Source: Rebecca billardiae RCC1528 (lineage: Eukaryota; Protista; Haptophyta). From it: DNA of 64,000 bases. Location: NCBI GenBank assembly GCA_965240325.2, contig OZ251227.1, forward strand, positions 806,001-870,000, read 5' to 3'. Positions 23,333-36,477 of this stretch are shown piece by piece; the stretch's first letter is position 1; each line of letters starts with the position of its first letter. A program made the position numbers and the translations under genes. The notes beneath the pieces were generated by a model. It did not search any database, was not told the DNA's origin, and was given only the letters and a program-made list of their open reading frames with translations.

Positions 23333-25095
23333 GGAACCACGGCCTCAGTACTAGTCAGTGGCACTGGCAGAATTTAAATCAATTATAATGACCGCGTTCC
23401 GCAGTCCTCTTCCGTCAGAACCAACGTAGTTGGGGGCCCGCGGCGCAGCTGTGCTGTCACCCACGTTGAGCACACAATATACGCGCAGTATCCCAAGGCT
23501 CGCAGTCGTCGGGTGAGGACTGAGGTCGGGCCGCGCGGCGCGCGCGGCCGGCTGGCCGCGTGGTGGGTGGTGCGAGCATTCAGGTGGGGGCAGCAGAGCT
23601 TCGCAGGATGCTGATTCGCAGCTGCCAGAGCGTGCGCACGGCGTCTACCCGGCAACTTGGCGGCCGCTCGCGTCTGAGCGCACAGCGCGCTCCAGCCGCA
23701 GGCGCAGAGCACCGTGACTGCCATCGGGTGCCACGGTTGAACGCGTGGTCGGGCCACAGGCTACTGGTGGGCGCGCAAGCGGTGCCTAGCTGGCCCGCGG
23801 CCTCGGTGGCGTCGCGCACCACGCCTCCCGGCCCGCACCATCCTTCGGTGCTCGCACCAGACTGGCTCGACAGGGGCACCCGGGTGCGCACATGGGCCCC
23901 GGCGAGCCCGCGGCGAGGATCCGCGTTCGCGGGCGCTTGCGAGGGAATTTCGGGGGTCGGAACCGCTCGGGCGGGACAGTGCCACCTGCCCCGCGAGGCG
24001 CGCACCCGCAAATCGCGACACGACACCCCGACTGGCCGCCGCGTGGCGGCGGCGGGCTAGGCCGTACGGTTTTGCCTCCGCGCCAAAGCAGGCAGGCGGA
24101 TGCCCGAGCGGCGAGCAGGGCGGTCGGCCGCAGGAGCCGGGCCGCCTGCGAGCTGAAGGACGAGTTGGCTCCACCTCGGCTTCACGCCGGTGGCCAGCTC
24201 GCGCTCGTGCGCCCAGCAGCCCGCCCCCGGGCGTCGGGGGTCGGCTCGGCGAGGGGCGCGAGGGGGTCGCCTTCGCGACGCCTCGTCTCCCGGATGTACT
24301 GTCGTACAAAACGCGGGGATGACACGCGCCGCGCGCGCCCCCTCCGGCTCCGACTAATACGGATAGCTGCGGCGGGTATTTTTCAATGTCTCGCACTATT
24401 GGAGTTGGTTGGACGATTATGTCAACGGTCGTTCTTGGCATCTTGCGGCGGCGAGGCCATATTATTTTACTATGGTCACACTACATTAACGAGAGTCTAC
24501 CCACAATTACCCAGCCTGGCACACTTGGGCGTGGGTTTCGTTGATGATTCCTCTGTTCACTATTCAAGACGGCGGACGCGACCTTTTTCGACGCTAATCC
24601 ATGTGTAAGGAGGTCTCAAAAAATCGAAACTCGGTCTCCTCCACTGTGGAAAACACCGCCCAGTCCCTTTTTTCTTTGATCAAAGATCTTTTTGAAACGT
24701 GGTTAGGGCCCACGGAGCGGGCTCCACGCTGCGCGTTCCGCCCTGCACCGCGGGCCATAATAAGTACTACAGTCTTAAATAGTCATCAGTCTACTTATAA
24801 GGAGTCTGTCGACTCAGACTGCGCGGGGCATTAGCAGCCTAATGATTAGCGGCCGCCCGCCGCGATTCGGATCAACGACTATCAAGTTGGCGCGCGGCTG
24901 CTAAGTCAGTGAGTCAGTGTCAGTGACAGTGTGACGACCGCCGCTGCCAGCCGATCGAGTTCGACTCCGAGTCAAGTCACTCAGTCAGTAGTCACTCAGT
25001 GGGCGACCGACGGAACTGTCATCAATGATGATGAGTGATTATTCGAGGCTGACTCGCGACTCTGACGATCAGCCATTGATTGTCATTGACAATCT

Positions 25096-27728
25096 CACAG
25101 TGCAGGATTGGAATTTTCCGTGACGCTTCGGACGGTCCGCAGCTCGAGTCAGCGAATCCGGTCTCGGCCGGACAGTGGAACTCGGGTGGAAGCCGCGACT
25201 TCGCGGCGGACGGAGCCTCAAACGAGCGGTGCCTCGGCTCGCGGCGCGATCTACTCGGCGAAGACCGACGAGGCTGCTCGCGGGCCCGACTATGCGTCGA
25301 CGCGGGCTGGGGTCGTCTTCCGCGTGGCGCTGGGCAAGTTCCTCGCCGCCCTGACGGGTGCTCTCCTTTCGCCCTCACGGCGCGCGCGGTGCGTTTCGCG
25401 AGCTTCTTGCATGCACCGCCCGCGGTTGCGCCCGAGCCTGATGCTTCAGTCGACACGGCAGGTGGCTCGCGCAGGGTGGGATTGTGTGCGGGTGCCGCTG
25501 GCGGTGCGTCTCACCCTCCTGAAATTGTGTGGGAGGCTGTGACATTGCACGCGTACACCCCGCCACGCCCGCGGCCCGCCCGCGCAAACGCCGCGCCGCG
25601 CAGTTGTCTTTGACCTCGAGCGAGCCTGAGGCGTGGAGGCGACCGACGGCGGGGTGCGACTTGCCCACCGACCCGAGCCGCATCACCCAGCGCAGCCTCG
25701 CCCGCGACGACGCTTCGCCTGGCTGCCACTGCTCAGCCGCGTGCAAGGCGGGCTGGGCGACGTCTTTGCCGAGCGCGGCTGCAGCGCAGCACGCGAGAGG
25801 CTGGAGCGCCATGACGCGGATGGCGGAGCGGGCTTTGGGCTGGCTGGCATGAGCCGCCAGGCTGTACCGTCCGCGCAGATCGCGCTCGGCCCGGCCGCAG
25901 CCCTCCTGAGCGCGCGCCTCAGAGCTGAGACTGATCACGTGCACGCGCACAAGCCACACTGCCGTGGCTGTGTCGAGCAGCTGCGTGTGCTCGAGGCGCG
26001 GCGCTCGCACGGGCCACGCGGGCGCAGCGGGTGCGCGTAGCTGGCGCACGCAGTGCCACGTCCTGCCGCGCCAGTTTGGCGGCCGTCCGCCCCCCCGAGC
26101 TCGAGTTCTGCGCGCTTTGCGACGGCGCGGCCGGCCGCGCCCATCTTCATGCTTGGGCACGCCAGCATGGCCGCCGCCGGGCCTGCTGCGCGCGCCGAAG
26201 CTGGAGGGCGGAGGAGGGCGCTGGGCTGCTCCTACGGCGTGCTGCAGCCCGGGCAGGCTTTTCCGCGGCGCGGCGAGGCCGTCGCGCCTGCTCGCCGCCG
26301 TCGAGTCGCCCGTGCTGAGTGACCGTCGGCCGCATGTGCTCGGCGGCACCGCAGGCAGGCGTCCCATACCAGTGTGCTCGAGCCGCTGCGCGCACCCAAG
26401 GCGAGCTGCTCGAGCGGGCTAGGTGGGCCCACGGAGTGCGCGCAGCTGGCGCACGCAGCCCCGCGTCATGGGGTGTCGGTTTGACGGTCGCCAGCCCCCG
26501 TGGGCTCGAGCTCTGTGCGCTTCACCACAGAGGTGCCGACGGCGCCCCGCGGCGCGCAACGGCGTGGCAGCATGGCCGCCGCCGGCGCCGCCGCACATGC
26601 CGCCGCTTACGGGCAGTCGAGAGCTTGGGGCAGCACCTACGGCATGCTGCAGCTCGGGCGGGCTCTGCCAGCCTGCTGTGGCGTGATCGCGCATTTTCCA
26701 GACCGTCGACTCGCCCGCGCTGCATATTTGTTTGCTGCGCGTGCTCGACGGCGCCGCTGCTGCCGCTACGGCCGCGCGTTGCTGCGTCGCGAGCGAGCCC
26801 GATGCGAGCTGAACGGCGGCGTGCTCATCGCTGCTGGCGCAGATGGGCGCGTCATGGTGGCCACGCACGATGCTGAGTGCTCGCGCGTGCCAGACGAGGC
26901 GCGTGCTCGCGCTGTGGCTCAATGTCCGGCAGTGCGCGTGGCAGGCCGCAGCTGCTCGACAACAGAACCAGCGGGCAGTGATCGGGCTGCGCGCGCGCAG
27001 CTGATGGCGGCGAACGAGCGAGCCCGCACCGCCGCGCAAGGGCTGGGCGACTGGCGCCGAGGTGGCGCGCACGTCGTCCGCTGCCGTTGGCATCGCGGCG
27101 GACGCTTCAAGCTCGTTCGGCCGGCGTGTTTTCTCCGACGCCCACCTGCGAGCGCTGCCGGCACCGTGCTCGGGCGTCAGTATCGGTGGGCTCGAGCACG
27201 CGTGGTGAGGCGCTCGGAGCGGTCGACGGCCATGATCGGGCAGCGCACGGTGGGCGCAGGCCACGCGCACGCCAGCGCCCCGCGTGGCGTGGCTTCACGG
27301 GGCGCAGCCACCAGGAGACTGTGCTGCGACGAGCTCGGGCGCGCTCGGGCGCCGCTGCTCTGCATTTTCCCGAAAAATCGGTTTTCGTGCCCTCGACCGG
27401 CGGTATGCCGCCGGGGTGGCCGCAGCTGCGCTCGGAGCAGCGCGCACGGGCACCGCCGTGTGCGCCCGCCCGCTTTCGCCGCCGCCGAGCTCGAGCACAG
27501 CGCTGCGCGGGGCTGCGTAATGCCAACGGCGCATGATTTTTTGCCCGCGCCGAGCGCGCGTCGGCGCGCGCAGCGCGCTCAGGTGTGGCCTGCTACCAAG
27601 GTCTGTGCCACGATTCGACGCGCCTATGGTGCGCCGAATTTAGGCGCACCGCTTCAGAATTGTCCGATGATTCGACTAGTGGTGCGGACAACTTAAAACG
27701 TCACCCTGAGCAGTTTTCCGGCACTGTG
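25096..27728. mobile_element. Copy B of the CACAGTGC/CT element
   Basis: Matches 3683-6315 at offset 21413. Confidence 0.55.
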
Positions 27729-28070
27729 CTGCGACTCTGTCTCTGAAATCGTGCGACGGCGCAGGACACGGGTTAAGGTACTGGCTCATAGCTACTCACG
27801 CTGAGTCACGTACGATCTAACTAGACGCTCCGTTCACGAAGTCTGACTGAGTAGTGGCACCGTCGGCACTGAATGCTGAACTGGCTGAGTGTCCGCGACC
27901 GAGTCCGGGCATGAACCGCTCCCCCGCTCCGGCGGGGGAGTTCACACTTCATATATATATATGCCAATCAATAGTCATGCAGCGGGCCGCCGTGCCAGTC
28001 AGTGACTCAGTCACAGTGCTGTCATGCCGCGCAATTTATAATTATTAATAATTATACAGCATATATATAT

Positions 28071-29027
28071 AATAAACTGTGCCCTGGCGGGCGGGGGGCC
28101 CGGCGGGCGGGGGTCGGCGGGCCGTGCCAGTGCTGTCGCAATGTTTCCTCTGCGGGTTCGCGTCTGCTTTCCACATTCGCGCGTGGCCGTGGGTGACGGA
28201 CAGTCCGACGAGGGCGAGGACCAGTGACACCTGAAGTTCTCCCACGTGTACACGTCTGTACTATGTGCGCATCAGCGAGGCCCACACCCACGAGGGAATG
28301 TGCAGCACGCGGGGCGGGGCGGGTAGGCCGTTGCTCCGCGCGAGCGCGGGTACGCGCTGTGTGTGCCGCATCTCGACCGCGATGGCGTAATCGAGCGCCT
28401 CGCCGCCGACGAAGCCGCCAGAGTAGATCATGTGCATGTCCTCCTGCCGCCAGCCGAGAGCGGTCGTCGCGAGGATGCTTGCCGATGTCCGCTCCGGGCA
28501 TGATGGGCTCGGCGCGGGTCGCGTTGACATCGTACACGGCCGCCACGCTGAGCACGAGCGCGTTGACGTTCAGGCGGTCGTCGCTCTTCGCCTCTTCGAC
28601 AGGTCTGGCGCCCGCGTGTTTGGCGGCACGAGGAGCTGTTGGTTGTGCGCGCGCGCGCGCACAGCGACAGCGTGTGCCACCCGCGATCGAGAGTGGGCAC
28701 GAGCTGCTCACGCGGGCACACGAATCGCAGCGCATCCTTCACAGGCGTGACGACGTCCGCCTCGTCCCGCAGCGCCTGCGCCATGGACGAGGATGGCGCG
28801 GCGATGTTGCATGCTCGACGTTTCATCTCTCCGCGGATGGCATCACGGGCTTGTCTGTGTCGCGCTGCGGCGAGGGTCGCCAACTCGCGAAGACGCGGTT
28901 GCTGCCACGGTGACAGACCCGGGAGGTGCGTCCGCTGCGCGTCGTACGCCGTTGGCGCTGCGCTTCCGTCGCATTGGTCACCGTCGACGCCATGCACGCC
29001 GGACGTGGGCTTTCGGCTGAGGGACCG
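28071..29027 (-). repeat. Copy B of dispersed repeat 6658-7614
   Basis: Offset 21413. Confidence 0.8.
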
Positions 29028-29780
29028 CCACTTCGCGAGCGACAGTCCGGTACGAGTCTCGGACCAGATTGGCAGTAGACAAGCTCGAGTTGAGAGTACG
29101 GCGTCGTCAATCTCGCCTGCCTGAGCTGTTAAATTCCCCTTTATAACGGGCTCCGGGTGATCAGACTGGCGGCCGAAGCCTCCAGCCCTACCCTGGCCAG
29201 CCCCCAACCAACCACCACCCTCACCCAACCTCAAACCACTGACCGATACACCAAGTGCCTTGACACCACTCCGCTGTGGACAGCCCGCCTCCAGAGGGGG
29301 CGGGGGTATGCCATTGCCGACAGCATACAAGCCCAACACTGTGGGGTGGTCCCAGGTACCAGCAGTGCACTGCCTTGCAATTCGAGATCATCGAGTTTGA
29401 GCCGAGTCGGCAGACTGGGCACCCCTTAGGGTGCCCCAGTGTGGGCAGAGGGCCAGCCACTAGCCGATCCCTGCGCGGGGGAGGGGACGGAGGGGGCTGT
29501 CAGCGAGCCCAGTACGGCTGGGCCGGGGTCTGGGCCACTGGTCCTGGCAGTGAGGCGCCTGTATTTCACTCGTGCTGCTATGGAGGCAGATGGTGTCATG
29601 TCAGACATGTGTGCGATATCGGGCATCAAGTCAGGGCGTGGGCCGCTGTAGGAGGCAAGCAGAGTGGTGGCGATGGCTAATACGCCTGGGGAGGAGTCGT
29701 TTGCGCGCCTCTTTCTGCTGCTCTTTGCAGGGGGTTGCATACTTCGCTGTGCAGGCTGAGCCTGCCTGCCAGTTGGTGTT

Positions 29781-32700
29781 GGGGCGATGGCCGACGCGAC
29801 GGGAGTGGTGGGTTTGGCAGTCCGCGGCGGTTATCGCGTTATGACTGCCGCGTCGCTGCTCCGCCGCCGCCCGTGCCCCTCCCCGCTAGGTGGGCGTATA
29901 CCTGGCCGGACGCGGGCTCGGCGCTCGCAGCGGCATCGCCGGAGTGACCGCACGGTGACGAGATGTGAGTCGGAAGCAGCTCGCCTTTGCGGCGCGGGTA
30001 CCAAGCGGAAAGTGAGCGTACCTGCAGGAGGGCCGACCCTCGGCGTGACAGGCGCACCTTCGGGGCCGGTCAGGGCAGCCCACGTCGTGCAGCCGACCGC
30101 TTCCGCCGCGACTGCCCCCCGGCGCACCCTGCCCCGGCCGACGCCTGAGCACAGCGGCCCCGCCCGGGCCCGGGGCCCCCGGGCGGCAGGCCGCGGCGGC
30201 GCCGGCACACTCACGGACAGCCAGCGGCGCTCCTCCGCCTCCTTCGCTCCCCGTTCCTCGTTGTCCCCCCCTGGCGTGGTGCGCGTGCATCACGCTCGAA
30301 CTCTCACGATGCTGCTTCGGCGTCCTTCTGCGGCGGCATCCGACGGTCGTGCGCACTGCGAGGCGGAGCGCGAGGTGCTGGGCACTGCCGTCCGTCGTGC
30401 TCCCTCCTCCTCATGGCCCACTGCTTTACTCGAGGGGAACGCTCAGCGCCTTCTGCTTCTCTCATCCGCTCGTGCGCGACCACGCTTGTGCTGGGTGTCC
30501 TTCTGAGGCGTCCGGTGGCCGGGCGCACATCGGGGACGCACATCGGGGTGGTAAGTGAGGTGCCGGTGCGCTGCCGTCCGTCGTGCGCGCTCCTCGCTCA
30601 TCTCCACCTGCTTCGCTCGAGCGTGGGCGCGCTCGGCGCTGTCTGCCTCGCTCGCGCGCGAGCGCATTTTGGCGCTGGACGAGACTCGTGCGCATCCATG
30701 CTGCTTCTGCGTCCATCGGCAGCGTCCGGCGGCTGGGCGCACGGCGGGGCGGCGCCAGCGGGCGTGTGTCGGGCACGCTCCACGCTCCTCACCAGCTGCT
30801 GCGCGCTCGCGGGGGCGTACTCAACAACACGCTCCTCACCAGCTGCTGCGCGCTCGCGGGGGCGCGCTCAACAACACCTTCTGCCCTTCGTCCGAGCTGG
30901 AGCGCATGTCGGCGGCGCGGGCAGTGAGCGCACACATGCTACTTCGGCGTCCCGTTCTCGGCCATCTGTTGGGCGGCCGGCGGGGCGGCGCGTGAGGTGT
31001 CGTTGCGCTGTCGTCCGTCGGGCACACTCGTCGCTCATCACCTTCTACTTCGCTTGAGCGGAACCGCGCGCTTCATCACCTTCGATCTGCCCCCCGCTCG
31101 AGCGAGCGCGCTTCTTCGGCGCGGGCCCCTCGGGGCGCAACAGCGGAGCCGCGCGCGCTCCGCGTGTTCGCGCTCGCCGCACGCCGCTGCCGCGCTGCAA
31201 GCACGCCGCCGCCACTCGCCGCCGCACGACTCACCCTTCTCTACAGCTCGCCGTCGCTCACTCGCGCGTCTATCTGTCTATCTATCTGTCTATCTATCTG
31301 TCTATCTGTCTATCTGTCTATCTGTCTATCTGTCTATCTGTCTATCCCTCGCGCGCGCGCCGATCATCATGCGCCGATCATCGTGTGCGCACCCTATCTT
31401 CTCCGCGCGTCACTTGCGCCTATCTCATCTCCGCGCGTTACTTGCGCCTACTATCTACTTCTCCGCGCGTTACTTGCGCCTGTCTCCGCGCGTCACTTGC
31501 GCCTATCTACTTCTCCGCGCGTTACTTGCGCCTACTATATCTACTTCCCCACGCGTTACTTGCGCCTGTCTCTATCTGTCTATCTGTCTATCTGTCTATC
31601 TGTCTATCTGTCTATCTGTCTATCCCTCGCGCGCGCGCCGATCATCATGCGCCGATCATCGTGTGCGCACCCTATCTTCTCCGCGCGTCACTTGCGCCTA
31701 TCTCATCTCCGCGCGTTACTTGCGCCTACTATCTACTTCTCCGCGCGTTACTTGCGCCTGTCTCCGCGCGTCACTTGCGCCTATCTACTTCTCCGCGCGT
31801 TACTTGCGCCTACTATATCTACTTCCCCACGCGTTACTTGCGCCTGTCTCCGCGCGTCACTTGCGCCTATACCTCCTCCGCGCGTTACTTGCGCCTATAC
31901 TATCTACTTCTCCGCGCGTTACTTGCGCCTGTCTCCGCGCGTTACTTGCGCCTACTATATCTTCTCCGCGCGTTTACTTGCGCCTATCTTCTCCGCGCGT
32001 TACTTGCGCCTGTCTCCGCGCGTTACTTGCGCCTACTATATCTTCTCCGCGCGTTACTTGCGCCTATCTTCTCCGCGCGTTACTTGCGCCTGTCTCCGCG
32101 CGTTACTTGCGCCTACTATATCTTCTCCGCGCGTTTACTTGCGCCTATCTTCTCCGCGCGTTACTTGCGCCTGTCTCCGCGCGTTACTTGCGCCTACTAT
32201 ATCTTCTCCGCGCGTTACTTGCGCCTATCTTCTCCGCGCGTTACTTGCGCCTATCTCCTCCGCGCGTTACTTGCGCCTATGTCCTCCGCGCCTATCGTCT
32301 CCGCGCGCATCTTCTCCGCGCGTCACTCGCACCTGTCTTCTCATGCGCGCGCGCCGATCATCATCATGTGCGCGCGCCGATCATCACTTCGTGCTCAGCG
32401 TAACCATCGCATCATCATCCGGGTGCCGAGCGTGCCATCATCGCACACACCTTTCGGCGCGCTTACATGGGCGTACGTGGTGTCTGTGGCCGGGGCGTGG
32501 GGGACGACGTCGTCGGCGGGCTGGCGTTGATACCCGCGCGCGCCGATCATCATTCGTGCTCCGCGCAACCATCATCATCATTCGGGTGCCGAGTGCGCCA
32601 TCCTCGCGCGCACCTTTCGGCGCGCTTACATGGGTGTACGTGGTGTCTGTGGCCGGGGTGTCGGGGACGACGTTGTCGGCGGGCCGGCGTTGATACCTGC

Positions 32701-34675
32701 GCCGCGTGGCGGCTCTGGCGGATGCAGCTCTCGCCGGTCGGCTGCCACTGCAGCGGGGCGCGCGCGCTGCTGGGCGTTTTCGGGCGCGAAAAGCGACGTG
32801 GCCCGCTGGCCACCTGCGGCGCTTTCACCTGGCCTTGGTCTTCCTCGCTCGTCACCTTCTGCGTCGCTCGAGCGCGCACGCGCTCATCGTCGTCAATCAC
32901 CTCCTGTCTATCGCTCGAACCGCTGCTTTCCGTTCCGTTCCGTTTCTACGCGCGTTCCTTTCCTCACGCCGAGCGTGCCTGGCCCTTCCCGCCACGCGCC
33001 ACGCGTTCCTCTCCCATTCCTGCGCCATCTTCCTCACTCATCACCTCCTGCTTCGCTCGAGCGCTCGAACGTGGTCGCGTTCATCGTCAATCGCCTTGTG
33101 CCTCTCGCGCGAGCCGTTGCGGCGAATTCGTCACGCGCGCGCATGGTCATGCGCGCGCGCCGATCATCGCGTGACGATCATCATGCGCGCGCACCGACCA
33201 GCGCCGATCATCATGCGCGCGCGCCGTCATGCGCGCGCGCCGAGTATCATGCGCCGTTTATCATGCGCGCGCTCCGATCCGCCCGCGCGTGCACCGCTCA
33301 TCGTGCGCGCGCACCGATCGTCATTCGTGCGCCGCACGGCCATCACCATTCGCGCACCGTGCGCGTCACCTCGCACGCCCCTTTTCGGCGCGCTTTCACG
33401 GGCGCTCGTGCGGTCTGCAGGCGCGTGGTTGACGACGTTGTCGGCAAGCCGACGTCGATACCTGCGCCTCATGTCGGCTCGGGTGTGTTCCGCGACGGCT
33501 CGGGCGCATGCGCTCTCGCCGGCCGGCGGCGGCGGCGGCGGTGCGCGCGTGCTGCTGGGCGGTTTCGTCGGGCAAGTGGACGGCGTGGCCTGCGGGTCAC
33601 CTGCAGCGCTTCGCCTGGCCTGTGCCGGCGCGCGACGACGGGCGGGTTACGCCAGTGGTCCTGTGGTCCGCCGGTCGCTGCGGGCTCTCGGCGACCTCTG
33701 GCAGGGGCTGAGCGCTGGGGGGGAGGGGGGGGGGGCACCCAGTCCGCCGCTCCGCGGCCTCACACCGGCGGCGTGCGGCGTGGTGGTGGGCAGGGCGCTG
33801 CGCCTCTGGGGGTCGGGGCCGGGCCTGGCCTCGGCCGCGCCGGCCGACGCCGGCCACGCCGGCGTGGCGCCTGGCGCTGCGCCTCTTTGGGCGGGCGCTG
33901 CCTCGCCGCCCTGCCCCCCCCCGTGGCGACTGGCGGCCCCAGGCAACCCCTGCATCCGCCTATCGTAAACACCGGATCGCCAGAAGGAGCGCGACGCGCG
34001 CGCGGTTATGGGGCGATGGCCGACGCGACGGGAGTGGTGGGTTTGGCAGTCCGCGGCGGTTATCGCGTTATGACTGCCGCGTCGCTGCTCCGCCGCCGCC
34101 CGTGCCCCTCCCCGCTAGGTGGGCGTATACCTGGCCGGACGCGGGCTCGGCGCTCGCAGCGGCATCGCCGGAGTGACCGCACGGTGACGAGATGTGAGTC
34201 GGAAGCAGCTCGCCTTTGCGGCGCGGGTACCAAGCGGAAAGTGAGCGTACCTGCAGGAGGGCCGACCCTCGGCGTGACAGGCGCACCTTCGGGGCCGGTC
34301 AGGGCAGCCCACGTCGTGCAGCCGACCGCTTCCGCCGCGACTGCCCCCCGGCGCACCCTGCCCCGGCCGACGCCTGAGCACAGCGGCCCCGCCCGGGCCC
34401 GGGGCCCCCGGGCGGCAGGCCGCGGCGGCGCCGGCACACTCACGGACAGCCAGCGGCGCTCCTCCGCCTCCCGCCCGCCCTCCCTGGCGTGGGATCGCCG
34501 CGCTGGGGTGGGTGCGGCTTGAGTCAGCGTCCACGGGGGGGGCGATGTGCTGCCGGGCGGGCGCTGCCTCGCCGCCCTGCCCCCCCCCGTGGCGACTGGC
34601 GGCCCCAGGCAACCCCTGCATCCGCCTATCGTAAACACCGGATCGCCAGAAGGAGCGCGACGCGCGCGCGGTTAT
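29781..34675 (+). mobile_element. 4895-bp non-autonomous split-direct-repeat element (A1...B1-A2-spacer-B2), PAT/TOC1/Ngaro-type tyrosine-recombinase retrotransposon architecture
   Basis: A1 29781-30242 = A2 34010-34471 (462 bp); B1 33889-34009 = B2 34555-34675 (121 bp); B1 abuts A2. Empty site at 8367/8368 (tggtgtt|aggatag); no TSD beyond one shared T; no RT, RNase H or YR motifs seen. Confidence 0.88.
31269..32340. repeat. Internal tandem-repeat block of the split-repeat element: (CTAT/CTGT)n plus minisatellite ctccgcgcgttacttgcgcct
   Basis: Dozens of ~21-bp cores with short repetitive linkers; higher-order ~300-bp duplication; related gcgcgccgatcatcat repeats at ~33150-33330. Confidence 0.95.
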
Positions 34676-35595
34676 AGGATAGGCACATTTGCCTGGCGGG
34701 GTGGGCAGTGTCGTTTGGGCGGGGGGCTGTCTTGCTGAGCTTGACTAGGAGGAGGCAGCCTGCGCCTGGGGGCTGCCAGTGTCTTGGCAGAGCCAGCAGG
34801 TGGCTGTGTGGCCTGCTGTCCAGTGTCTGATTGTGTAATGCCGTTGTGAGCTCCGTGACCAGTGTGACTGCCCGCAGCAGGATCTGCCTCAATCTCAGGG
34901 CCCCCATGTGTCAACACATTGTCCGACGGACGCACATCGCGGCGAGCCAGTGGGGTAACATATTGGAGCGGCCATGCCACAAGAGGTGTCAGGTGTGGCA
35001 GGCTGCAGAGGCCACGCAATCACCATAGGGAGGGGGCGAGCACGCTGTAGGGGCCATGCCCGCAAGAGTAGCTGAGGGCGCACGTGGTGACCGCGCGCTA
35101 TTGGCTGGTGCAGGTTGGCCTGCCCCGCGCCTGCCTGCCAGCCCTGGCCAGCCTGGGCAGGGGGTTGCTGCTGGATGACAGGTGGCCCCTGTAACTGATT
35201 ATTCATGGCAATCGCCCCTCCTGGGCCTGCCTGTGCCTGTGGGGGAGGGGGCTGCCCCCCCTGGTCGTGCCCAGGCGGCGGCCGAAGCTCCCTGGCATGT
35301 CGAAGGAGACGCCCTGCCTTTGACAGCTGGGAGTCCACGTCCTTGCGGGCCTGCATGATGCCTAGCCCTGCCTTCAGTAAGGCCACGTGCATGCTCCTGC
35401 CGAGATGCACGTTGCCCCCCACAGTGGTCTTCAGTGTGCTGGGCACCCTGCCCAAGAGGGCAGCCCCAGAGCACACATGTCGCGCCAAGTTCCATTCTGT
35501 GCGTCTCTTATTCTTAGTAAACTGTAAGGAAGGGTTGGCCGGTTGGGGGCAATTTTCACCAGGATCGGGGATCCCGCCCGAGTTCCACGCCGCCC

Positions 35596-36477
35596 ATGAG
35601 CACCGAGCACGGATCGCGCGCAGCATGCGCACTGATCGTGGCGCTGGCGAAGACGGTGAGCGTGCGGAATCTCTCGCTCGTGGAGCCGACACAGCCGCTG
35701 CCCTCGCCCACGCCTGGCTTTGCTGCATACGCCGCTACCCATGTCGCATCGCTCATCATTCCGTTCATTCTGCTGTTTCGCGTGAGTGCAGCCACGCTGT
35801 GGACGGTGGCACTCATCTGCGCGTACCGCGATCCAAGTAAGGCGACGATCACGCACCGTGAGCGCAAGGTGGACGTGCGGCATCTCGGCCGCTTCGTCAC
35901 GTTCACGCTGTGGTGCAACTGCCTGCTCTGTGCGTACTGGTGGTCGAGCTCCGCTGCCGTGGCGTTGGAGTGGCTCGGGATGGGCGTCCCCACGCGCCTT
36001 CATGCGTGCACCCAGGCGCTGTGGGCCGTATGCTTCCCGCTCTCGTGGCTGGTGGCGATCGTCGTCTCGTACGTGCTCATCCCTGCCGGCCGCACCACGC
36101 AGCCCGAGTGGGTCCGCGTCTGCCTCCAGTGGCGCGCGCTGGTGTTCCACAACGGTGCCGTACTCGCGTGCACCATCGACTGTGCGCTCGCCCGTCCGCC
36201 GATGGCGTGGACGAGCTGGCCACTCGTGCTTCTTTTCGGCACGACGTACATCGTCTTCTCGTGGCTGCTCTATCAGCGGCTTGGCGTGTACTGTTACTTC
36301 TTTCTCGATCCGTACTACCGTTGGGCGCCCCTCGCCTACCTCGGCCTGCTCGGGCTGACGTGCGGCTGCTCGATGGCGTGCGTCGCCCTCACGGCCTGGC
36401 TCGAGCGCGCGAGCTGGCCACTCGCGTGCAACGCAGCCGTCCTTGCAGCAGCACTTGCCACATGCACATGGCGCTGA
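35596..36477 (+). CDS. FAR-17a/AIG1-like membrane protein, copy B
   Basis: Translation identical to 9288-10169. Confidence 0.72.
   Translation: MSTEHGSRAACALIVALAKTVSVRNLSLVEPTQPLPSPTPGFAAYAATHVASLIIPFILLFRVSAATLWTVALICAYRDPSKATITHRERKVDVRHLGRFVTFTLWCNCLLCAYWWSSSAAVALEWLGMGVPTRLHACTQALWAVCFPLSWLVAIVVSYVLIPAGRTTQPEWVRVCLQWRALVFHNGAVLACTIDCALARPPMAWTSWPLVLLFGTTYIVFSWLLYQRLGVYCYFFLDPYYRWAPLAYLGLLGLTCGCSMACVALTAWLERASWPLACNAAVLAAALATCTWR

Larger units (their letters stand above)
29130..35498 (-). mobile_element. Copy B of the 1474-bp insertion, interrupted by the 4895-bp element
   Basis: 29130-29780 plus 34676-35498 equals 7717-9190. Confidence 0.7.

Noticed and set aside
30997-32693. 468/509/381-aa repeat ORFs and a CRISPR-like look of the minisatellite
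   Set aside because: Frames are open only because the unit lacks stops; linkers are short and repetitive rather than unique spacers; no cas genes; eukaryotic context.
32630-34522. 630-aa ORF in the split-repeat element as a possible RT or recombinase
   Set aside because: No YxDD, RNase H or R-H-R-Y pattern; composition typical of GC-rich non-coding sequence.
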